Shown here: positions 46,084-54,538 of the stretch, piece after piece
Numbering within the stretch: position 1 is the stretch's first letter
Layout of the letters: each line of letters starts with the position of its first letter
Origin: Limisphaerales bacterium
Lineage (GTDB): Bacteria; Verrucomicrobiota; Verrucomicrobiia; Limisphaerales; AAA164-E04
Length of the DNA: 64,000 nucleotides
Direction of reading: 5' to 3'
Assembly: GCA_965221075.1 (NCBI GenBank)
Contig: OZ244865.1
Span: forward strand, 2,164,126 to 2,228,125
The notes under the pieces: model-generated
The model's input: only the letters and a program-made list of their open reading frames with translations
The model's database searches: none
Told to the model about the DNA's origin: nothing
Made by a program: the position numbers and the translations under genes

Positions 46084-48705
46084 CTACTCCTCCAGCTGCT
46101 CCAGCTCCTCCACAGTCCACATGTCGAACCGGCCGTCATGCTTGAGGCGGACCTGGGCCACCTCTTCCGGATCGATGGGCGAGGCCTGGTGCCCCCATTC
46201 CCTGCGGACATAGGTCAGGAGGCCCGACAGCTGGTCGTCGTTGAGGGCCAGAAGGCCGGGCATGCTCAGGTCCCATTCCCTTCCCTCCACCTCGATCGGG
46301 CCGGTCAGGCCGTGAAGGACTATCTTGATCAGCCGCTCCTTGTCCCCCAGGACCCAGTCCGAGTTGAGGATGGGCGGCGCCAGGCCGTCCTGCCCCAGCC
46401 CGTCGGGCTGGTGGCAGGTCCCGCAGACCACCACGTAGAGCTCGGCGCCCTCCTGGAACCTGGTCTTCTGGGCCAGGGTGAGAGCGACCGCCTCCCCCTT
46501 TGCGGGCTCCTGGGCCTTGCCCGGCCACATGTAGGCCCGGTCCAGATCCTCGGCCAGGGTGGACAGCTCGGGAGAGCGGCTCCGGATCAGGGACTCCAGG
46601 GCGGGGGGCCTGGCGGGAACCTCGATGGGATCGCCCTCGAGCCTCAGCTCCCCCTGCGTGGTGCGGAAGGCCGCCTGGTGGAGCCCCGAAACCAGGGCCA
46701 GCCGCCGCCACACGGGCTCGGACTCCCGCGCCGCCCGCTCCAGGATCCGTCCGATCCGGGTCCCGTCCCCCTGGCGGAACACCGCTTCGGCCAGCCGGCT
46801 CTTCACCTCGGCCACCCGGTCATGCCCCAGATCCCAGATCCCGCCCCTCTCGATCAGGCGGTGGAGGAACTCCTCCTCCCGCCCGGAGAGGGAGCTGTAG
46901 GCCGAGGCCGGGATGAAGGGGTGGAAGAGGCTCCTCTCCAGCACCTGCGCCAGCCGCTCCACGGCCTCCTCTCCCTCCAGCTCCCCCAGGGAGAGGGCCA
47001 GCTGCCACTGGACTTCGGGAATGTCGTCCTGGACCGTGCTCCACAGATCGAGCAGGAGATCCTCGCCGATCAGGTCCCGCAGGGACTCGGAGACCTTCAG
47101 GGCGGCGATCCGGACCTTGGGATGGTGGGACGCCAGGGCCTGCGCCACCACGTCCGCATCCAGCCCTCCCAGACCGTGGAGGGTCCACAGGGCGTGGATC
47201 CGGGCCACGGGCGCAGCCGAGCCCGTCGCCAGCCTGCGCAGGGGTTCGATCGCCCCGCCCTCTCCCCGCTCCACCAGGATCCGCTGGGCCGTGTCCCGCC
47301 GCCAGCCGTTGGGCGAGGAGAGCCCCTCGACCAGCTCCTCCGAGGGCGCCTGGCTCCAGCTCGGCGGAGCGCCGGGCTCCTTCCCTTCGTGGACGATCCG
47401 GTAGATGCGCCCCAGGCCGGTGGGAGCGTCCAGCTTGCGCTCCAGCACCTGCTTGCGCAGGAAGGTGGTCAGGTAGATCCGGTGCTGGATCAGCCCCCGG
47501 TACAGATCCACCACGTAGAGGCAGCCGTCCGGGCCGTTGAGCAGGTTGACCGGACGGAACCGCTCGTCGGTGGAGACCAGGAACTCCTTCTGGTGGTAGG
47601 CGTTGGCCGCGCTGACCACGCCTCCGGACTCTGAGACCTTGTTGCGCCGGACCAGGTTTCCGGTCGGCTCGCAGACGAAGCCGTCGCCCACGAACTCCCG
47701 GGGGAAGTTGTCGCCCCGGTAGATCAGGGTGCCGCAGGCGCCGGTGTAGCGGGCGAGGGTGCCGTCCTCCCGGAGGGTGCCCCGCCGGTATCCCCGGTTG
47801 ACTCCCAGGTTGAGCCGCCCCGGCCAGACCGTCTGGTCCGGGTTGATTCGCACGTTGGCGCCGGGAAGGCCTCGGAAGTGGGGGTTCCGCATCAGGTACC
47901 CGTGAGCGACCAGATCCCCGCGGAAGTGGTCGCTGTTGGTGTTGTAGAAGAGCCTCCCGTAGTCGTCCTGGGAGATCCCCCACTGCCCGCGGGAGATGGT
48001 GGGCTCCATCTCGAAGCGCCCCTCCAGGAAGCGGTAGCGCTCGCCGTGGTTGGCGCTGTAGATCCAGTTGTCCATCCCCCAGAGCAGCCCGTTGGAGGCG
48101 TGCTCCGGGTTGGAGCGGCTGCCGAGCCGGGGATCGTTCTGCAACGCGTACTGATCGGTGAGCAGGCGCCGCTCGTCGCAGCGGAGATCCCCGTCGAGGT
48201 CGAGGCACAGCCAGAGGTTGGGCGGCTCGGCCACCATCACGCCGCTCTCCAGGACCGCCAGGGCCCGGGGCATCACCAGCTGGTCCAGGAAGACGGTGCT
48301 GCGATCCATGCGCCCGTCGCCGTCGCTGTCCTCCAGCACCGTGATCCGCCCCACCGGCTCGTTCTCGTGGGTTCCGTCGGGATTGGGCATGTAGCCCCTC
48401 ATCTCCACCACCCACATCCGCCCCTCCGAATCGAACTCGATCTCCACCGGATCCCCGACCAGGGGCTCTGCGGCCACCAGCTCGATGCGGAAGCCCTCGG
48501 GCAGGGAGAAGCTAGCCAGCGCCTCCTCGGGGGGAAGAACAGGAGCCGGAGGGACATCGAAGCGGCGCCAGACCTCCTCCTGGACCATGCCGTCCGGATC
48601 CTTCCGATCCCCCTCCTGGGACCACGCCGCCGGAATCCCGGGGACTCCCGCAAGAACCAGAGCACAGATGCGCCTCAGCGCCGGACGACATAGAATGGAT
48701 TGCAC
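46084..48705 (-). CDS. PVC-type putative membrane-bound dehydrogenase domain / HEAT-repeat / CxxCH haem-binding protein
   Basis: 873 aa with a signal peptide. The N-terminal FSLPEGFRIELVAAEPLVGDPVEIEFDSEGRMWVVEM matches, as I recall it, the Pirellula/Verrucomicrobium N-terminal dehydrogenase domain. Has central helical repeats and a C-terminal CGTCH cytochrome-c motif. Confidence 0.85.
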   Translation of the reverse strand: MQSILCRPALRRICALVLAGVPGIPAAWSQEGDRKDPDGMVQEEVWRRFDVPPAPVLPPEEALASFSLPEGFRIELVAAEPLVGDPVEIEFDSEGRMWVVEMRGYMPNPDGTHENEPVGRITVLEDSDGDGRMDRSTVFLDQLVMPRALAVLESGVMVAEPPNLWLCLDLDGDLRCDERRLLTDQYALQNDPRLGSRSNPEHASNGLLWGMDNWIYSANHGERYRFLEGRFEMEPTISRGQWGISQDDYGRLFYNTNSDHFRGDLVAHGYLMRNPHFRGLPGANVRINPDQTVWPGRLNLGVNRGYRRGTLREDGTLARYTGACGTLIYRGDNFPREFVGDGFVCEPTGNLVRRNKVSESGGVVSAANAYHQKEFLVSTDERFRPVNLLNGPDGCLYVVDLYRGLIQHRIYLTTFLRKQVLERKLDAPTGLGRIYRIVHEGKEPGAPPSWSQAPSEELVEGLSSPNGWRRDTAQRILVERGEGGAIEPLRRLATGSAAPVARIHALWTLHGLGGLDADVVAQALASHHPKVRIAALKVSESLRDLIGEDLLLDLWSTVQDDIPEVQWQLALSLGELEGEEAVERLAQVLERSLFHPFIPASAYSSLSGREEEFLHRLIERGGIWDLGHDRVAEVKSRLAEAVFRQGDGTRIGRILERAARESEPVWRRLALVSGLHQAAFRTTQGELRLEGDPIEVPARPPALESLIRSRSPELSTLAEDLDRAYMWPGKAQEPAKGEAVALTLAQKTRFQEGAELYVVVCGTCHQPDGLGQDGLAPPILNSDWVLGDKERLIKIVLHGLTGPIEVEGREWDLSMPGLLALNDDQLSGLLTYVRREWGHQASPIDPEEVAQVRLKHDGRFDMWTVEELEQLEE

Positions 48706-49284
48706 AGGCCTCGGCCATCATGGGGAATGGCGCCGGAAAAGGCAAATCTCCCGGATGCAGGCTCCTCGCCGGAGAGCTGCATATCGCGCCCCCCGTCCGT
48801 CATGGATGGCCAGAAGCCGCCTGCAGGCCAGGATGGCAGGGAGATTCCATGCCTGGATCCAGGAAGCGGAGCAGCATGGGCCGAGGAGCTCCTCCTGGCG
48901 CAGCGGCTCCCCGCTCCAGGCCGAACCGCGGCGATGGCCATGCCGCGCCGGGACCAGGCGGGGCGCCTGCCCGGCTTCCTCGCCAATGCCATCCGTGCCG
49001 AGGCCCGGTCTTCGGTCCCCTTCGGCCTGAACTGGGCCGCGAAGATTCCTCTGCAGAAGGAGGATCCCGCCATTCAGGGAAGGATGGGGCGATGGCCCAA
49101 GCGGGACGATCCCGGTTCAGGCCCGGCGTTGCCTTTCTGCGGCTGGAGACCAAGGGCGAAACGCCGGAACCAGCGCGAAAGCAGAGCCCGGAACACCGGA
49201 GCCGGCAGGAAGGACGCATTCCCCTCCTGCGCAGCCCGAAGTCGGTTGACTGCCCTCGGGAGGGAGCGCCATTCTGGGCTCCGC

Positions 49285-50727
49285 TTGAAGCAATCCCGCC
49301 TCCTGTCCCTGTTCCTCCTTCCCTGGATCCACTTCCTCGCCGGAGCCGCCGCGCTGGAGGAGTCGGTGGTCCAGATCCTGACCTTCCGGCAGGTCCCCGA
49401 CTGGTCCCGGCCCTGGGATCCCGGACAGGTGGACCGGATCTCCGGCACCGGCTTCGTGATCGAGGGGAACCGGATCCTCACCAACGCCCACGTGGTGGCC
49501 TGGTCCCGGCAGATCACGATCCGCAGGTACCAGGACGCCCGCCCCTGGCCCGCCCAGGTGGCCTTCTACGGGCACGACTGCGATCTGGCGGTGCTGGAAG
49601 TAGCGGATCCGGCCTTCTTCGAGAGCGCCCCTCCCCTGGCCCTGGGGGACCTGCCCGAGGTCCGCTCCACCGTGGTGACCTACGGCTACCCCTCCGGAGG
49701 CGAGCAGATCTCCTACACCCGGGGCGTGGTCAGCCGGATCGAGCTGCAGAACTACGTCCATCCGGGAAACAGCAGGCTGCTGGCGGTCCAGACCGACGCG
49801 GCCATCAATCCCGGCAACAGCGGGGGGCCGGTGATCCAGGAGGACAAGGCGGTGGGCGTGGCCTTCCAGGGCGTGCCGGGACTCGAGAACACAGGCTTCT
49901 TCATCCCCTCGCCCGTCTTCCGCCACTTCCTGGAGGACATCGGGGACGGAACCTACAACGGCTTTCCCAAGGCCGGCATCCGCATCACCCCCCTGCAGAA
50001 CCCGGCCCAGAGACGGCGCCTCGGGCTCGGCGAGGAGGATGGCGGGGCGCGGATCTCGGCCATCAGCCGGGAGGACACCCGGGAGCACCTCCGGCGCAAC
50101 GACGTCCTCCTCCAGATTGGCGACTGGCCAGTGGACCGGGACGGCTCCACCCTCTTCGAGGGCAACCAGCTGAGCTCCGGAATGATCTTCAGCCTGGCCC
50201 AGGAGGGGGACAAGGTTCCGGTCCGCATCATGAGGGAGAGAGAGGAGCTCCTGATCGATCTTCCGGTGCGGGTCGACCGGCAGCGCGCCAGCGAGGGGAA
50301 CCAGTACCATCCCCCCCGGTACTTCATCTACGCGGGCCTGGTGTTCACCCCCCTGAGCCGGGACTACATCGGCGACTCCTCGGGAAGGTCCTCCAGCTCC
50401 ATGCTGATCTACGAGCTCCACCAGAAGCGGCTGTCCGCCCCCGAGGAGGCCCGCCCAGAGCCGGTGATGCTGGCCACCGTCCTCTCCCATCCGGCCAACG
50501 CCAACATGCGGATCCAGAGGAACGCCCTGGTGGACCGGATCAACGAGGTTCCCATCCAGAGGCTGGAGGATGTGGTCCGGGCCGTCGAGGAGGAAGGCGA
50601 CGGCAAGTGGATCACCGTCGACTTCGCCGAGGGGATCGGCTCCGAGACCCTGGACCGGAAGGAGGCCCGGGACGCCCATCCCTCCATCCTCCGCACCTAC
50701 GGCATCCTCAGGGACCGAAACCTGTGA
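49285..50727 (+). CDS. Deg2/Deg9-like (HtrA-family, S1C) serine protease, exported
   Basis: Triad contexts LTNAHVV, HDCDLAVL and NPGNSGGP. Strong resemblance to plant-type Do-like 2/9 proteases, including the FPxxGI PDZ-like region. Start set at TTG 49285 ((M)KQSRLLSLFLLPWIHFLAGAAA signal peptide). Third-position G/C jumps from ~73% upstream to ~93% downstream of this point by hand count. No in-frame ATG lies nearby. Confidence 0.8.
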   Translation: MKQSRLLSLFLLPWIHFLAGAAALEESVVQILTFRQVPDWSRPWDPGQVDRISGTGFVIEGNRILTNAHVVAWSRQITIRRYQDARPWPAQVAFYGHDCDLAVLEVADPAFFESAPPLALGDLPEVRSTVVTYGYPSGGEQISYTRGVVSRIELQNYVHPGNSRLLAVQTDAAINPGNSGGPVIQEDKAVGVAFQGVPGLENTGFFIPSPVFRHFLEDIGDGTYNGFPKAGIRITPLQNPAQRRRLGLGEEDGGARISAISREDTREHLRRNDVLLQIGDWPVDRDGSTLFEGNQLSSGMIFSLAQEGDKVPVRIMREREELLIDLPVRVDRQRASEGNQYHPPRYFIYAGLVFTPLSRDYIGDSSGRSSSSMLIYELHQKRLSAPEEARPEPVMLATVLSHPANANMRIQRNALVDRINEVPIQRLEDVVRAVEEEGDGKWITVDFAEGIGSETLDRKEARDAHPSILRTYGILRDRNL

Positions 50728-52160
50728 AGCTCCTCCTCCCGATCCTCCTCTGCTGCCTCGCCGCCCCCTCCCTTCCGGCCCTGGGCGGCGCCCCAGGCTG
50801 GGAACGCTCGGTAGTGCGCGTCGAAGCCGACCGGATCAGCTACAGCTTCCATCGGCCCTGGGCCCGAACCCCCTCCTCCAGCATCAAGAACGGCCTGGTG
50901 ATCGAGGGAAGGCGGATCCTCACCACGTCCAACCACCTCTACAACCACACCCTGGCCAGGGTGCAGAAGGGAGGCCGAGGCCCCTGGTTCACGGCACGGC
51001 TGACCTGGATCGACTACCATGCCAACCTGGCCACCCTGGCCGTGGACGAGGAGGGATTCTGGGAGGGGCTCGAGGCGGCCTCCCTCGCGGTCCCCACCCC
51101 CTCCAGCGGCCCCGCCGAGATGGTCCGCTGGAACGACGGACGGCTCGAAACCCGCTCGCTCTCCCTCAACCGGGTCCAGATCCGGAAGGGGATGCTCTCC
51201 TACATCGACCTTCTGTGCATGGAGATCGACGCCGAGATCGAGGGAATCGGCTGGAGCGAGGTGCTGGTCCTCGACGGGGAGGTGATCGGGCTGGTCAACG
51301 GGAAGTCCGGGGAGAAGTCCATCGCCACACCCTCCTCCTTCATCCACTCGGTGCTGGAGGCGCGCCGCCAGGGCGCCTACCGCGGGCTGGGCTTCTTCAA
51401 CTTCTACTGGGAGCCCTCCCACAACCCGGCAAACCTGCTGAAGCTGGGGCTGGAAGGCCCCTCCCGGGGGGTGATCCTGACCCGGATCCCGCCTCTGCTG
51501 GGCGAGGAGAACCCCCTTCGGACCAGGGACATCCTGCTCGAGGTTGACGGCTTCGCCATCGACTCGAGGGGCGACTATCCCGATCCCGACTACGGACCGA
51601 CCATGTTCGAGTACCTCGCCACCCGCGGCCGATGGGCGGGGGACGCGATCCCGATGAAGGTGTGGCGGGACGGCGGGATGCTGGATCTGGAGTACGTCCT
51701 TCCCCAGGCGGACTACGAAACGCAGCTCATCCCCTCCAGGCGCTACGACCGCCCTCCCGAGTACTACATCGCCGGGGGGCTGCTCTTCCAGCCCATGAGC
51801 GAACCCTTCCTCCAGGCGATGGGAGGCGGGCCGGTCCGGCAGTTCCACTACCAGCGTCTGGCCGCCACCCCTGAGAGGCCCCGCCTGGTGGTCCTCGCCG
51901 GAGTCCTTCCCGACGGCTACAACCTCGGCTACCGCTCCCTCTCCTTCCTGGTCGTGGACACGGTCAACGGACGGCCGGTCGGGGACATGAAGGACCTGGC
52001 CCAGGCCTTCCTGCATCCCCAGGAAGGCTACCACGTCCTCCGCTTCCACCAGGGGGATCCGATCGACGAGGTGGTGCTGGACGCAGGGGATCTGGAGGCG
52101 GCCACCCGGCGGGTGGCGTCCCGCTTCGGGCTCCCCCGGGCCTCCTACATCCACGAGTAG
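50724..52160 (+). CDS. Deg2/9-like paralogue with a degenerate catalytic site (probable pseudoprotease), exported
   Basis: GTG start overlaps the upstream stop (GTGA). Signal peptide VKLLLPILLCCLAAPSLPALG. Aligns along its length to the preceding gene, but HDCDLAVL becomes YHANLATL and GNSGGP becomes GWSEVL. Confidence 0.75.
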   Translation: MKLLLPILLCCLAAPSLPALGGAPGWERSVVRVEADRISYSFHRPWARTPSSSIKNGLVIEGRRILTTSNHLYNHTLARVQKGGRGPWFTARLTWIDYHANLATLAVDEEGFWEGLEAASLAVPTPSSGPAEMVRWNDGRLETRSLSLNRVQIRKGMLSYIDLLCMEIDAEIEGIGWSEVLVLDGEVIGLVNGKSGEKSIATPSSFIHSVLEARRQGAYRGLGFFNFYWEPSHNPANLLKLGLEGPSRGVILTRIPPLLGEENPLRTRDILLEVDGFAIDSRGDYPDPDYGPTMFEYLATRGRWAGDAIPMKVWRDGGMLDLEYVLPQADYETQLIPSRRYDRPPEYYIAGGLLFQPMSEPFLQAMGGGPVRQFHYQRLAATPERPRLVVLAGVLPDGYNLGYRSLSFLVVDTVNGRPVGDMKDLAQAFLHPQEGYHVLRFHQGDPIDEVVLDAGDLEAATRRVASRFGLPRASYIHE

Positions 52161-52248
52161 GACTCCGCCTCCCCCCGATCCGGCAAGGCAGGGCCCCCGC
52201 GGGCGCCGCGCTTGACCGCTCGGCCTGGCCTGGTGCAGGATCCCGACC

Positions 52249-52998
52249 ATGCCGCGATGCCATCGACGGAGCGGGATCTCCACCGCCTTCACCCTGATCG
52301 AGCTGCTGGTGGTTATCGCCATCATCGCCATCCTGGCGGGCATGCTCCTTCCGGCCCTGAGCAAGGCCAAGGAGAAGGGAAAGCGGACGGTGTGCATCGC
52401 CAACCTGAAGAACATCCTTCTGAGCACCCAGATGTACACCATGGACTCCGAAGACTACCTCCCCTACACCTCGTGGAGCTCGGGCTCCTTCGACATCCCC
52501 AACTGGTGCTACACCCGCCGGAGGAACACCGATCCGCAGCACTGGGTGAGGGACGGCCAGCTGTGGGACTACCTGACCGTGAGCAACATCTTCCTGTGCC
52601 CCGCCGAGAACCGCACCATCATCCAGTTCCGGGAAAGGCTCGAGAACAACGAGCTGCAGGCGGTGAGCAGCTACATGATCAACGGCGCGGTCTCGGCATA
52701 CTCCGCCGCCCCGGCCGGGATCCAGTGGGGCTCCTTCAAGCTGGACCAGTTCGACAGCAGCCAGATGGTCTTCTGGGAGGCCGACGAGCGCAAGCCTTCC
52801 AACTTCGACAACGTTACCAGCCGCCCCAACGAGGGAGTGACCGAGCGGCACGGCATCGGCTCCGAGCTCGGCTTCTTCGACGGGCACACCGAGCACTGGG
52901 GGTTCCAGGAGTACTACGAGGAAGCGGGCATAGGCGGATTCCCGGGACGCCGTCCCGGAAGGCTGTGGTGCAATCCCCTCTCCGCCACCGGAGACTGA
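52249..52998 (+). CDS. prepilin-type N-terminal cleavage/methylation-domain protein with H-X9-DG motif (pseudopilin-like)
   Basis: N-terminus ...[33 protein letters not shown]-terminal [13 protein letters not shown] fits H-x9-DG. This family is massively expanded in PVC bacteria. Confidence 0.88.
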   Translation: MPRCHRRSGISTAFTLIELLVVIAIIAILAGMLLPALSKAKEKGKRTVCIANLKNILLSTQMYTMDSEDYLPYTSWSSGSFDIPNWCYTRRRNTDPQHWVRDGQLWDYLTVSNIFLCPAENRTIIQFRERLENNELQAVSSYMINGAVSAYSAAPAGIQWGSFKLDQFDSSQMVFWEADERKPSNFDNVTSRPNEGVTERHGIGSELGFFDGHTEHWGFQEYYEEAGIGGFPGRRPGRLWCNPLSATGD

Positions 52999-53008
52999 AT
53001 GCAGGCCG

Positions 53009-53386
53009 ATGAAGAGGTTCCCGACGCTGCTACCTGCCCTCGCCCTGATGCTCCTGGCCGCGGGCTGCTCGGAGGAGACCGGGGGAGGCATCCGCTCCTC
53101 CTCCAGCACAGCCGAGGCCGGCGATCATCTCCAGGACGCCTACTCGGACGCCGATCCCCAGCTGCGGGAGAGCGCAGATCAGATCTCGCGGGCCATGATC
53201 AGGGGGGAGTACCGCAAGGCTCTCGGCGGCATCGAGAAGCTCAAGAACTCCCGGCCCTCCTTCCAGCAGGGGGTGGCCATAAACGATTCCCTGATCCAGC
53301 TCGAGGCCGAGCTGCTGCGCGCCAAGAACAGCGATCCCGAAGCCCGGAGGGCCTATGAGATCCTCACCCGGATCAACCGCAACTGA
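53009..53386 (+). CDS. small lipoprotein, function unknown
   Basis: 125 aa. Lipobox LLAAG-C after a signal peptide (MKRFPTLLPALALMLLAAGC). The rest looks helical. No family recognised. Confidence 0.6.
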   Translation: MKRFPTLLPALALMLLAAGCSEETGGGIRSSSSTAEAGDHLQDAYSDADPQLRESADQISRAMIRGEYRKALGGIEKLKNSRPSFQQGVAINDSLIQLEAELLRAKNSDPEARRAYEILTRINRN

Positions 53387-54538
53387 GCCCCGAACAGCCC
53401 TCTCCCCGCTACCGGTTCCGTCAGACCCGCTTCCGGTCTTCCCGGTCCCATTCCGGGCCATCGACATGGATTCCTCCGCTGCCGGGGACGAAGCCGGCGC
53501 CGCAATCGCCGCTGTCCGGTCCGGAACCGATCCCGCCGGATCTTTGCAGACCGGGACGGACCGGAGGATCTCCGCAAGAACGAAGGCAAGCCCGATCCCG
53601 TCGTTTCCGGCAATCCGCGTGCCAGACCGCTGGACCTCCTGCCCTTCGACGGCAAGAAAGGCTCCTCGGGAGCCTATGCGACTGGGAGTTGGCGCCCCCC
53701 CTCTCTGGCGAAGCGCCTGGATGGCTGGGAAGCGGATTGCCGGATGGCTTCGGACTGGGAGGCGCTGCTATCTGGCTCCTTTCGATCGAGCCCACCGGGA
53801 TCTCCAGCCATAAGTCAATGGACATGCCCACCGCAGTCTCGCTGACAGGCGGCGCCAAGCCCGTCGGAACGGAGAGGCAGGACGGCATTCCGGCCAAGAA
53901 CCTCGGAATCTCCCCTGACCCGCCGAGCCGGCAGCTGCGAGTTCCGAATCCGCGATTCCCGCGGCTTCCTCCGGTTCCTCTCCCAGCGGGACGGCGACGC
54001 AGCCAGACTCGCAGAGCGGGAGGCCAGGAAGCCGAGCTGCAGTTGGAACTGCCTGGCGGCAGCCTCCGAGCCTGGTCCGGGCGGGGGCGCCCCCTGCTTC
54101 ATCGACGGAGGCCTGGACGGCGCGGCCCTGTTGCGGGGCATCCTCGTTCCCGCCCAGATCCATTCCATCGGACAGGACGCGATCAGCGCATTCGGATTGG
54201 AAGAGGAGCGCCCCTCCGGCGTCCCGGCCACATTGTGCGATGCCTCGACGTGAACGCCATCCTCCTGCTCCCCTGCATGCCTCCCCCCTCCACAGGACCC
54301 AATGACCACTTCCAGGGAACCCGTCCGAAGGCTCCGCTTCCCAGGTGCAGGAGAGAGCCGGGCAGGAGCCGAACGCCATGAAGATGGGCGAAGCGCCGCA
54401 AGGCCCGGTGCGGCAGTGGACAGAGCCAGACCTTCCGTTCCACCTGAGCGAATGGACAGGCCCTCCACGACGTGGAGCACCGGCTGGAGGAGGCGGTACT
54501 CCCCGCCCAGGACAGCTGAGACCAAACCCGCAGAGCCT

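Noticed and set aside
48700-49284. 195-codon in-frame upstream extension of the Deg-like protease (track ORF 48700..50727)
   Set aside because: Third-position G/C is ~73% here versus ~93% after 49285. The translation is Arg/Pro/Gly-rich. The signal peptide begins at the TTG at 49285. This 580-nt divergent spacer is kept as non-coding, and the start remains somewhat uncertain.
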